The notes under the pieces: model-generated
What the model was told of the DNA's origin: nothing
What the model saw: the letters and a program-made list of their open reading frames with translations, nothing else
Databases searched by the model: none
Position numbers and translations under genes: made by a program
Part shown: one piece after another, positions 27,101-37,674 of the stretch
How positions within the stretch are numbered: the stretch's first letter is position 1
How the letters are laid out: each line of letters opens with the position of its first letter
Assembly: GCA_001643675.2 (NCBI GenBank)
Contig: LSRY02000011.1
Span: forward strand, 186,001 to 250,000
DNA from: Monocercomonoides exilis PA203
Taxonomy: Eukaryota; Protista; Preaxostyla
Length of the DNA: 64,000 bases
Direction of reading: 5' to 3'

Positions 27101-30100
27101 TCCAACTGCCTTGTAGCATTCGGCCAGTGTTTTGCCTTTCAAAAATGTCTGGAAAACACTTTCTTGGAACACTTTCACAAGTTTCAGCTCTCCTCTCCTT
27201 TTCAGCTCAAATCCTTTCAATTCAGCAATTTCTCCTTTCAAATTGAACACGGCATATCTCTTTTTGATGGATGCACCTTCTTCTTTTGATGCAGGAAGAA
27301 CCATCGCCTTGTAAGGCCCATCCAGCTCAAAGCCAATAGAGCATTCTGTTGTCCTCTCATATTCAAATGTCTCTGGATTTATCAAACGCTGGTGCTGCGT
27401 ATTAGCATACTCTGCAAACACTTTCTGGTTAAGCATAGCACAGGGATAGCTGAAGAACACATTCCCTTTCGCTTTGGTTTTGAAAATGAAGCCATCAGGA
27501 AAAGATGAAGGAAATGCACTCCAAATACCATCTGTATCCAGTTCCAGAGGAAGAGAGAAGTATTCTAGCAGCTTTCTTGTGTTCGTAATCAGCGTTGCCC
27601 CCACATTTGTCACAATTCCTGCCATCTCCATCGAATACCAACGAGCACCAATTCTCATAACATACCCGTAGAATGAGTTGAGAATGCATTTGTGTGCAAG
27701 CTGAAGTGAATCGTACAAAACAACCAAATCGCTCGCGTTTTTGACATCCTGTGCAGTTCCTGTTCCTTCCTTCTCCTTTTGAACAGCTTCTCTCAAGTTT
27801 TTCTGCCATTTTTTCAGCAGGCCTTTGTAAATGTACCTTCGATCACGGAACTCTCTCACAGCATTATCGTAGAAGGCATTCTCTCTTTGGCAAACTGTAT
27901 TCACTCTCATTTCTTCCCTCGTGTCTGTCTGTCTTTTGTAAGCCATTTGGCAGTATGCCTGCATCTTCTTCTTGACAATCTCTGCTCTCTCAAACTCGTC
28001 CAAGCTGTTCCAATCTTTCTGAACTTTCCCAATTCGATAGGCCATATTGTGCTCCTTTTCGGCCTGTATCTGTTGTGTCAAAAACTCCGAGTGTTCTGCA
28101 GGGAAAATATCTCCACGCCACACCCACTTCATGTCACGCTGGCACTGGATCGTGTCTGAGTCAGCGCCAAACCCGCAGAACTGACAGTCTTTTTCTCTGT
28201 CAACGATCGCAACAGGCTGAAGACGGTTGGTCAGGATGATGTTGGGATACATTGCAGCAACATCAACATGGTAAATCTTTGGCAGTTCTGTGATGCGTTT
28301 GACGGTGTCTTCTTCATTTTCTGGAAGCAAAGCGCGCAGCATCGTTTCAACCTCTTGCTTCACCTCGTCGTAGTTCACCACATCTTCTGAGGTCAGTTTT
28401 TCTGTTTGCATCGCAAAATGCAAGTCTGTGTCTAAATTTCCAATCAGATCCAAAATTGTTTGCTTGTCTATTGTAAATGTGAGAGGAATGTCATTTCTGT
28501 AGATTCCGCTCCTCAGACACTCCACATGGCCACCCACATAAGTTTCTGCATACACCAACTTGCGCTGGTTAGTTAACTTCAACGGATCTCGTCTTGACTT
28601 GTTCGGTGCAATGATGTTTCCTGAGAATGCGTTGACCATCAGCAATGATTCGCATAGACCACCGGTGCCTTTCCTCAATGCTTCTTCTGGAGGCATAGGC
28701 AGAATGGTGCAGAGAGAGAAAATGAACGGATGCACATACTTCATATACAAATGATATGTGCTGTGTGCATCTGATACTGAATATTCAGCAAGTGTCTGAG
28801 GCTGTGAAAGTCCATAGGGAGTAATCAGCTCAGGATCAAGTTCCACTGGATCAATTCCGAGCTTGCTCTTTGTGACGGCTTTCAAGCCCTGAGATCCTTG
28901 TGGCAAATATGAATCACGTTTCACCCACTTGTATGCATCCAGGTGCACAGCATCCTGCCCCACAAACTCGTCTGTTTGGTTTGCCCGAAGCCCAAACTCT
29001 GTGTAAAAGCTCATGTTGTATATTCTTGAACGGGCCTCTAAAAATGGCAAGTCGAAATTGTCTCCGTTGTATGTAACATACACAATTACCTTTTGCTGAT
29101 GCATTTCTGAGATAAATCGTCGAAGCGTCTGTTCTTCGTTTGCTTCGTTGAAAACTGTGAAGACGCTGTCGAACTTTTCGAGCGGAGCAAACCCAAACGA
29201 TTCGATGTCTGCAGAGACTGTTTCGCGATTCACAATCAAATACCCATCTCCGTTAATCATATATGAAATCATCATCACTTGATCTCTTGCAACGTCTGGA
29301 AACTTGAGCGGTGGCTTGGTTGTTTCAATATCAAATGCGCAGACGACAACTTCAGGAAAAGCAAGTAGTTTTTCGTTTTTTTCAAAATGAACCACCCTTT
29401 CATCTCTCCATACATCATACCATTGTCCAACTCGAAGGCCTAAGAAAATGTTTTAAATAAAATTTAATTAAATTTTGATTTTTATTTAAAATCATAAACA
29501 AAAAGTATTTCTTGTTCATATTCAAACCAAGATCAATGCTAACTCTTTGAATGTATGGAACATCATATTCTCTGAGCTCTTCCATGAAGTTTTCTGGATT
29601 TGAAAGGCTATCTGAGCCATCTGCCTTTTCAATTTGTCTCATTAATTGTTGAAAAGTGTGCACATCATGTTTTTGCGCTTTGTTTTGAAGAATAACCGTC
29701 TGCAAAGAATCTCTAACTGACATCAATTGTTGAACATTTTTAAATGACACTTTAATGTATTTCTGTTTTCTTCCGAGAAGATGATTTGGCTTTGTACCGC
29801 ATTAAAAGAAAATGAAAATGTAAATACTTCCATGAAACAAAAAAAAATTTATACCAGCTTCAAATCTTCTTTCTCAACAATTTGTATTTCTTCGATTATA
29901 GGTTCTTCATGCTTTTGATTAAAGTTTGCAAGATAGTTTACGACTCGTTCTTCACAATCTTTTTTTGTTTTCACATAAAAATAAGGTAAAAATTCAATTA
30001 CAGCTTTCATCCTGCGTCCATCTTCTGTTATGAAATATAGATTCAATCCACTATATGAATTACCATCGCGCATTACTGCCGTCTATGTAATTTTTATAAA

Positions 30101-30253
30101 AATAGTATTTTGAAACCAAATACAATCTCATCTCTTTATTTTTTTATAATTTAAACTTCATACAACATGCATATTTATAAGCCATCCGGGGCATCTTTCA
30201 AGTGTTGGAGAATCATTAAATAAATTCGAATTGTAAGTTTGACCTTTCTCCAT
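21190..30253 (-). CDS. POLE: DNA polymerase epsilon catalytic subunit, ~2,845 aa, introns 30083-30163, 29790-29854, 29440-29527, 26032-26141, 21385-21566
   Basis: GWLINMH; EDLKL|PNHLLG; ExoI AFDIETTKPPLKFPD; YNGDNFD; WVKRDSYLPQGSQGLK; YHVDVAAMYPNIILTNRLQP; LELDTDGIW; KGFELKRRGELKL; C-terminal CysA (CGYC...CPLC) and CysB (CPRC...CKC). All five introns are GT-AG and frame-restoring. Confidence 0.97.
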
Positions 30254-30412
30254 AATGTTTTATGATGGGCTAATTATTCCAAGTGATTAAATTTTCTTAT
30301 CAATTCAAAATAATATCAGTTGAATTAAATTTCACGATGATGAACAACAACACGAAAAATTCAATCTCTTATGTTAAGTTTATATTGGGTTTCTTCGAGA
30401 ATACTGAAATAA

Positions 30413-31700
30413 ATGGAATCAACTAATGAAAGTGATAATATGAGTGTAAAAAAAGAAGAATCTCCGAATAATGAAATGAAAGAGAAACTTATTTACCAGG
30501 GAAAACGGTATTTGACAGGGGTTGCTGATGCATTGAATTATCCAGCTTTTTACCGAATATTAATGCAAAACAAGGAAATAGCAATGTTTCTTGCTACTTA
30601 CATAATTGGCGTAATTGCTATTTTTTTCCCTTTTGCGGATTATTTAGATGCAAGATGGAATCCAGATAAGATTCAAGTTCCGGAGAATACAAATTGTGTG
30701 AGCAATTAATATTTTTAATTGAGTATTGAATTTTGATTGCACATTTAAGGGTTATTTAGGCAATTGTACAAAATGCCAAAGCAATTCCTTTATCAACTTT
30801 TTTGTCAGATTCCTTGGGGAGCCATTCTTCTTGTTGTCTGTTCTATCACGTGCCAATTAGCAGGTAAAATATTGCGAAAGCATTCATTCCTTGCTAAATA
30901 TAATGCTGCACATTCTATTGAAGCTAGCATTGAAGAAAGTAATGAAAAGAAACCAGCTGCTAATTTCATTCTGAAGACAGTGATAGGATTTGCACCAACG
31001 ATTGGAATGGTAACGCAGAATGTTTTGATAACGGCATTGCCATTTGTTGGGCGTTATATAGGATATTTCATTCGGAGGATATACACTGCATATCTTTCAT
31101 TTTCTTCAAACTGGAGTTTGATAACTCCGCAGGCAGCTTCAGAAAGTGATTTGCTTCCAAAAAGCAGAGGGCCTTTGGATGGATATGCATTTGCCGGACG
31201 AAACTGGATATATTTTCTTGGATTTTCTCTCCCCTCTTATGCTGTGTCGCTGCTATTTCCCCACAAGCCTTATACAGCTCAAGTAATTTCGAAAATATAT
31301 TCAGTGATTTCTGTTGTGATGGCGTTTAATGTTGTGGAAAAGATAGAAGCAAAAGCTTTAAAGCTTCACATAAATGCTGAAAACGAAGTTTCTGAAGAAA
31401 AAGAAGAAAGTCAAAAAGTTAGTACGAGCGTTCCAACAAACAAGGCTCAAGAGGTAGTTCAGAAAGTATTGGGTTTGTCAAATCTTCATATTTTTCGAAT
31501 GAATTTATTTTTTTTTCAAACAAATCAAAATTTTTTGTTTCACAGTATTTTGTAAAAGTGATTCTCCACTTGGAGTGCAGCGTGTGTCACGAGAGCCGAA
31601 AAACTCATTTTTCGACATTCCTGTTGCTGTCTTGCCAGAAATGATTGTTGATGTGATTGAGGGATTCAACGACACGCTAGTCAAACAAAAGATAAATTAA
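30413..31700 (+). CDS. EI24/EPG-4-like multi-pass membrane protein, ~386 aa, introns ~30696-30749 and 31473-31545
   Basis: Several hydrophobic segments. LPFVGRYIGY...AYLSFSSNW and RNWIYFLGFSLP resemble the EI24 RNWPYYFGFGLP motif. Confidence 0.6.
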
Positions 31701-32342
31701 GATTTAAAAATGGATACGTATTTATTGATTGTTGCTGTAAGTGTTGTGAATTCGTGTGTGAGGTTTGATGATCCTTTTATTTTTTTTCTTTGAATATGAA
31801 AATATTTGGGTTTAGTTTTGTTCATGTATGGTATCTTTTAAATTTTCACATAGTTGTAATCAATTTCATATTTCTTTGTTTCAGTTACAACAAAAATAAA
31901 ATGATTGTATTCTGTTCTAATTCTTATATTTCGCAAATTTCATTTTCATTTCAAACTCCAAACAAACGTGTCTATCGTTTTGTTTCAAATATCTACAAAA
32001 AGCTATTCTGTTAATATGAAATAATAAAATATCTCTTGAGATGTTTTTCAAAAAAATTTAAAAATTGTTATTTGCTTTAACTTTCTCTTTCTTCTTTTCT
32101 TTTTGCTCTTTCTTTCTATTTATCGATATTTTTGTTTTCACAAATATTAGCATTGTTGTTATTAATATATGAAAATGAATTATTTTTTTTTTTGTTAAAA
32201 TTCAAGAGCATAGTCATCTTCAAGATTCATTTTGTGACTTTTTTATAGAAATAAATTAAATATATGATATTAATATCGATTTATTTATTTCCTTTTCAAA
32301 AATGAGATCATAAACCATTGGCTCATTTCTGATTGGAGCACA

Positions 32343-33526
32343 ATGATAGATGAAAGCGAAACTGCAGAGCCTACGCGTTATTCGTACTATTGCCCGGATT
32401 GCGATGGTACATAATTATTTTATTTTGGAATTATTTGTTGTTACTTTGGCATAATATTTTTGTATTTTGGGAAATATTACAATAATTTATTTCGGCTTTT
32501 ATATGTTGAAATATTGTTGCTATCGTATTTTGAAAATGAATTTTTGTATTCGCTTATAGAATATGATCCTCCTGTAAAAGAAGATCATCGATCAGGTGAC
32601 GTTGTGTGCAAACAATGCGGATTAGTTTTAGCTGAAAAGATCATTGACCAGTACTCTGAATGGAGAACGTTTGCGAATGACGATAATCCTGGAGAGAGCA
32701 TGGACAGAGTCGGTGGTCCTATTGATGATAGATTGATGGGAGGTGGCATGAGCACGGTCATTGGAAACCGCGATTATCATGGAAAAACGGTTTCAAAAGA
32801 TATGACGAATATGATGTATCGTGTTCATGCAAGTGGTGCAATGAGCGCATTTGATCGTTCATTGACTGCAGCTTTTCAGGCTGTTTCAAGGATGGGTGAT
32901 AGGATGGAACTTGATCAGCCAGTTCAGGAATTAGCATGTGAATTTTATCGAGAATTGGCAAAAAAAAGAACTCTTCGCGGGAAAAATATGGAATCTATTA
33001 TTGCTTCATGCTTGTATATTGCATGTCGTCAACTGAATGAAAATAGGACATTCAAAGAAGTTTACACTCAGTTAAATATTCCACGAAAGAATATTACACG
33101 AGCATATAAATTTGTTTCCAAGACCATTGATATCCGCTTGGATGTAATTACAACGGATCAATATGTACGCCGTTATTGTGCCGGCTTGAAACTTTCGACA
33201 GCTGTTGCAAATGCTGCGCAACTTGTTGCAAAGACAATTGTGGAGGAAGGAATGCTAGGCGGCAGAGATGTTATTACAATCTGTGCCGTTGCAATATATT
33301 TCATTTCACAGCTATCCGACCAGCCGAGATCTTATAAAGATATCACAGAGGCATGATTAATAATTCATTGCTCTAGTATTTTTCATATTTGAGTGTAATC
33401 CTTTTTTAGGTTATCCGCATATCAGAACAAACAATACGTGTTGCATACAGAGATCTCCAACCAAATGCTGCAAAATTAATTCCAACAAATTTTAAGCCTG
33501 TTACAAAGACTATTCCGTCTGTTTAG
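32343..33526 (+). CDS. TFIIB: Transcription initiation factor IIB, ~323 aa, introns 32407-32559 (GT-AG) and 33351-33409 (GC-AG)
   Basis: Zn ribbon CPDC...GDVVCKQCG; B-reader SEWRTFAND..DRVGGP; cyclin repeats IASCLYIACRQ..RTFKE; terminal exon VIRISEQTIRVAYRDL. Confidence 0.95.
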
Positions 33527-34876
33527 GCCGTTGGATATTTTATATCATTCATTTCTAATCTTATCATTATCGTTTCTTTCAAACGAAAAAAAATTGCAAA
33601 TTTCTTTTTCAAGTTAAAATTTTAACTATTTTTTTTTTTAGTCATTTTTAATTATATCATTTTAATGTTTTATATTTGTTTTATTTTATTTTATTTTTTC
33701 ATTTTAATTGTTTAAAATAGAAAAATAAATTTTTTATTATCTTGCATTATAATTGTGAAGTTTGTGCAATGTCGTTTTGAAGTGCAATTATTTTTATTTG
33801 AAAAATAGTAATTTTTACATTTTACGAATTAATTACTTTTACGCAATTTTTTATTTTAATATTATCTAATCAGCTACCATTCAAACACGAATATTTAAAG
33901 ATAAAAAATTGTTAATTTTCATTTTTTCTAACAAAAAAATTTTTTAGATTATTTATCTGATTAAAAGGAAAAAAATAAATAAAAAAATAAAATAAATATC
34001 AACATGTTAATTGTGAAGAATGAAAAAATGTGGATGGATAATGAAAAATAAAAAAAGATTCCAATTTTTCAACTGAAATAATTGTTTTGATTTTTGAAAA
34101 TTAATTTTTTTTCATTCAGATTTTTTTTTTGATTTCTAATAATAATTGAAAAAGATTTCGGATCAAATTAGAATTTTGAAAAGAGGTTTGTGAACACTGA
34201 AAAATAACAATTCTTTTTTTAATTATAATGTCATTTCCTTATCTCAAATAATAGTTTTTACAATAATAACATTGTTTCCGAAAATTAATGAAAAAACTTC
34301 TTATTGAAGAAAAAAGACATTACAAAAATTTGCACTATGAAAAAACATAAATTGGGTGATTATATTTGTGTCATTTTTTATCAATGTTTATTTACGCTTT
34401 TGAATTCATTTTGACATTCAACAAAAAACACAAATAATTGAAAAGGCTTGTTCAATACTTTCTCATTATCATTCCAGTCAAAACATTTATTTTTGATGCA
34501 GTTGTGATAATTTTTGCATTCGAATACAAAAACTTTTCTTTATGTCAAACTGAATTAGAGAAATCAACACCCCGAAAAAAGTTATGATTTCAAAAATAAT
34601 TACTCAATTTCGAAAACATTAACATAAAAAAAAAAGTGTTTATTGTTTTTTCAAAAAAAAATATTTTGCAATTCCTTAATATGGAGAAGTTAGTATCATT
34701 CCAGTGTATTTCTTTGATTAGTTTTACAAATAAAAGAAAAAATAGACTTTCAGTAATTTCCAACATAACGAAATTAAATAGATAAAAAAAAAATAGTTGA
34801 TCAAAATGGCAACATTTTTTTATAATCATATAATTTCTAACATAATTATCTGTTTGATAATTTTGATTTTAATATT

Positions 34877-35116
34877 TGGCTAAATTATTTTGAAAAGTTC
34901 CTTTTGTTTAATTTTCGAATTCAAAGAAATTTCATATTTCGATCAAATTTCTGTTTCCACTCACCAAATTACATAAGAATGTGAATAATAACATCGTCAA
35001 GATTTTTTTCTTATGACAGTGAAATCTGGTGAGTGGCAACAGAAATTTGATCGAAATATGAAATTTCTTTGAATTCGAAAATTAAACAAAAGGAACTTTT
35101 CAAAAAAATTTTGCCA
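34877..35116. repeat. Foldback inverted repeat A (~95-bp arms, ~50-bp spacer), MITE-like
   Basis: TGAAAAGTTCCTTTTGTTTAATTTTCGAATTCAAAGAAATTTCATATTTCGATCAAATTTCTGTT at ~34891 has its exact reverse complement ending at ~35102; the arms extend further with a few mismatches. Confidence 0.9.
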
Positions 35117-35404
35117 TTTTTTGTGATCAACTCAGAAAAATGATAACTTCATTTAAAAACATCTCTCTCTTTCTTTTTCATCAAACATTGGCTTTTGATA
35201 CGACTAAAACGAATTTCAAATTTCAAAGAAAATTTTATTATCAAAAACGATCAATTATTATAATCATCAGCACACCGAAAAATTGAAAGGTTACAAAAAT
35301 AATCACATATATCAAAAAATGATTTGCTTGAATAAATCTGTACGTAAATGAAATTGTTTTCATTTTTCATTGATTATTTTGAAGTAAAAAAAACATATAA
35401 ATTA

Positions 35405-35648
35405 TGTTAAAATTTTTTTGTAAAGTTCCTTTTTAATTATTTTCAGGTGGAAATGAAAATCCAATATTTTCTTCAAAAATTCATTCCGACTTTCAATTTT
35501 TCACAAAAATGCATTAATAAACATTGCCAAGCTTTGATTTCCATGATTGCGAAATTTGATGAGTTGGAATGAAAATTTGAAGATTATTTTCAAATTTCGT
35601 TTTCAACAAAATATTATTCAAAATGAACTTGTCAATAAAACTTTGACA
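35405..35648. repeat. Degenerate second copy of foldback repeat A
   Basis: Colinear similarity to 34877-35116, including the spacer (aagaatgtgaataataacatcgtcaag vs aaaaatgcattaataaacattgccaag) and the right end (aaaaggaacttttcaaaaaaattttgcca vs aaaatgaacttgtcaataaaactttgaca). Confidence 0.6.
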
Positions 35649-35736
35649 CATATTTTTTTTATTTTTTTTATCAAAAAATTTATATTCTGTGAATAATTTT
35701 CTGAAAATAATGGACTTAAAGGAAATTTATAATGTA

Positions 35737-36074
35737 CAAAATACCGGACAAGATCGATTTCTCAACAACTGCATAATGAATAATTCTGATAATTTTCCTC
35801 AAAGCCCATCTTATCTGTGCGAACTCTAGTGACAAACTAGACTTTCATTTTCATGTAGTCTGAATGTTTTAAAAAATAATTTTTGAAATTTCTGAGAAAC
35901 TCAAAATCCTATTATTCCGAGATTTCAAAAATTATTATTTAAAACATTTAAACAACATGAAAATGAAAGTCTAGTTTGTCACTAGAGTTCGCACAGATAA
36001 GATGGGCTTTGAGGAAAATTATCAGAATTATTCATTATGCAGTTGTTGAGAAATCGATCTTGTCCGGTATTTTG
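35737..36074. repeat. Foldback inverted repeat B (~158-bp arms, ~20-nt loop)
   Basis: CAAAATACCGGACAAGATCG...TTTCATGT (35737-35856) is the exact reverse complement of the right end. The inner ~40 bp carry about 6 mismatches. Confidence 0.95.
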
Positions 36075-36546
36075 AGCACATTCAGAATTGAAAAAAAATA
36101 AATAAAATATACACGCAGGAACTTATTGTGAGAAAGTTGTCCTTTAGAACGAATTATTTTCATGACAATATCCTTTTGTTTTCCGTTCAAGAACACTTAT
36201 GCAAGGAACAAAAAATTATCTTAAATTTGAAAATGCAGTACTATCTTATTTTTTTATTATTCTTTTCGAAAGAATTAGAATTCTTACAAAAATGTTCATT
36301 GTTTCATTGAGTTGTTTCCAACTTGACAAAAACAACTGCTGTATGTGAAACAAAATAATAAAAAAAATTTTTTTTTCTGAAAGTGTATAAATGACAATTC
36401 TTAATTTTGTTTCAATCTGCTAAACGTGTAATAAATACTTCTTTTTGGTAAATAACATGTTAAAATATTAAAATATTTTTCAAAAAATACGAAGTGAAAC
36501 AAATTAGATTATTCATTGAAATATTGAAAAAATGTGCATTAATCAT

Positions 36547-37470
36547 TCACTGTGAGTTACATTCAACATCTCCATCCTTAGGTGGACGCTCGGATTTGAG
36601 CTTCTTTCGTTCTTCGCGTGCTTTTGCTTCAGTCTCCAAAATTGGAGATGGTTTTTTGTACTGGTGAAGATAAAAATTATTTCATGAAATGGTTGTATAC
36701 AAAAATTGATAACATCAAGTTTTATTCAAACCCTTATTACAAGTGTGCTTCCCGTATGAGTAAAGGAAACCGATGATTGAATTAAAGGTAACTTTGCACG
36801 ATTCATATCAGGAATTGAGATTCTTTTGAAATATCTAATTTAATACGAGCATTTGTTGTGAAAACAATTGTAGAAAAAAAAAAACAAACTTTTTATTAGA
36901 AGTTCTAACAACCAGTTGTTGTCCATCAACTGTCACAGAATAAACGGACAATGGATAATATAAATTTCGAATTTTGAAGACAAAATTTAGTTTTTCGTCT
37001 TGCCTAAATAGATATGGCTATAATAATATTTTTTTTTACTTCAATGAAATTAAAAATAATACAAACAGCAGAAGAGCTCTCAGCAATAAGTAAATCACCA
37101 CCATGCTTTACAGGAGGTTCGCCTTAATAACAATGTGAAGTTATTACTCAAACAAATAAAAACATTTGAAACAAACCAATTTCATAAACCCATTCTCCTT
37201 CACCTCCTAAAGTTGTTGGCTTTTTAAATTTTCGAACAAGAAGTTCATCTGATGCAAGGTCATATTCTTCAGCCATTTCTATTCCTCCTCTATCTTCCCA
37301 GACAGTATGAATTTTTCGACGACTAAATGAATTCAAACAAAAGTTGTATTTCAAATTTATCGTTATAAAAATAAATATAGTAAAAACATTTCATACCCAT
37401 CAACCACAAAAGCATTTTTTTGTCCTCCAGAAAGATCTGGAGGAATATCAAGAGAATCTAATAATGACAT
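36547..37470 (-). CDS. DPCD: DPCD protein, ~206 aa, 5 introns (37323-37396, 37123-37176, 37018-37066, 36835-36889, 36661-36731)
   Basis: DG|RRKIHTVW..EMAEEYDLASDELLVRK; FKIRNLYYPLSVYSVTVD; VVRTSNKK|YFKRISIPD; C-terminal DGDVECNSQ (CaaX-like, human GDCKTQ). Confidence 0.92.
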
Positions 37471-37674
37471 ATAAATATATTAAGGTTATTTCTTGATTTC
37501 ATCATTAAAATAAATTACAAATACCGTAATATGATGAAAAAAAGAAAAACAACGACTGTGAAATTCTGTTCCCGTAGTTTTTTTTCCGAAAAATTTATCA
37601 AAATTTGTTGAAAAAGAGATTATAATTAAATATTTGCAAAGAAAGCAAAAAGAAAATATTACATACATGAACAG

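Noticed and set aside
32316-32336. Two ATTGG (reverse CCAAT) boxes upstream of TFIIB
   Set aside because: They are too close to the ATG and too short to support without TSS data.
33640-34030. Possible additional decayed inverted repeat (T-rich vs A-rich arms)
   Set aside because: The match is almost entirely low-complexity A/T and cannot be distinguished from chance by eye.
34877-36074. CRISPR array or rho-independent terminators
   Set aside because: The context is eukaryotic, and the repeats are long inverted arms rather than regularly spaced direct repeats with spacers.
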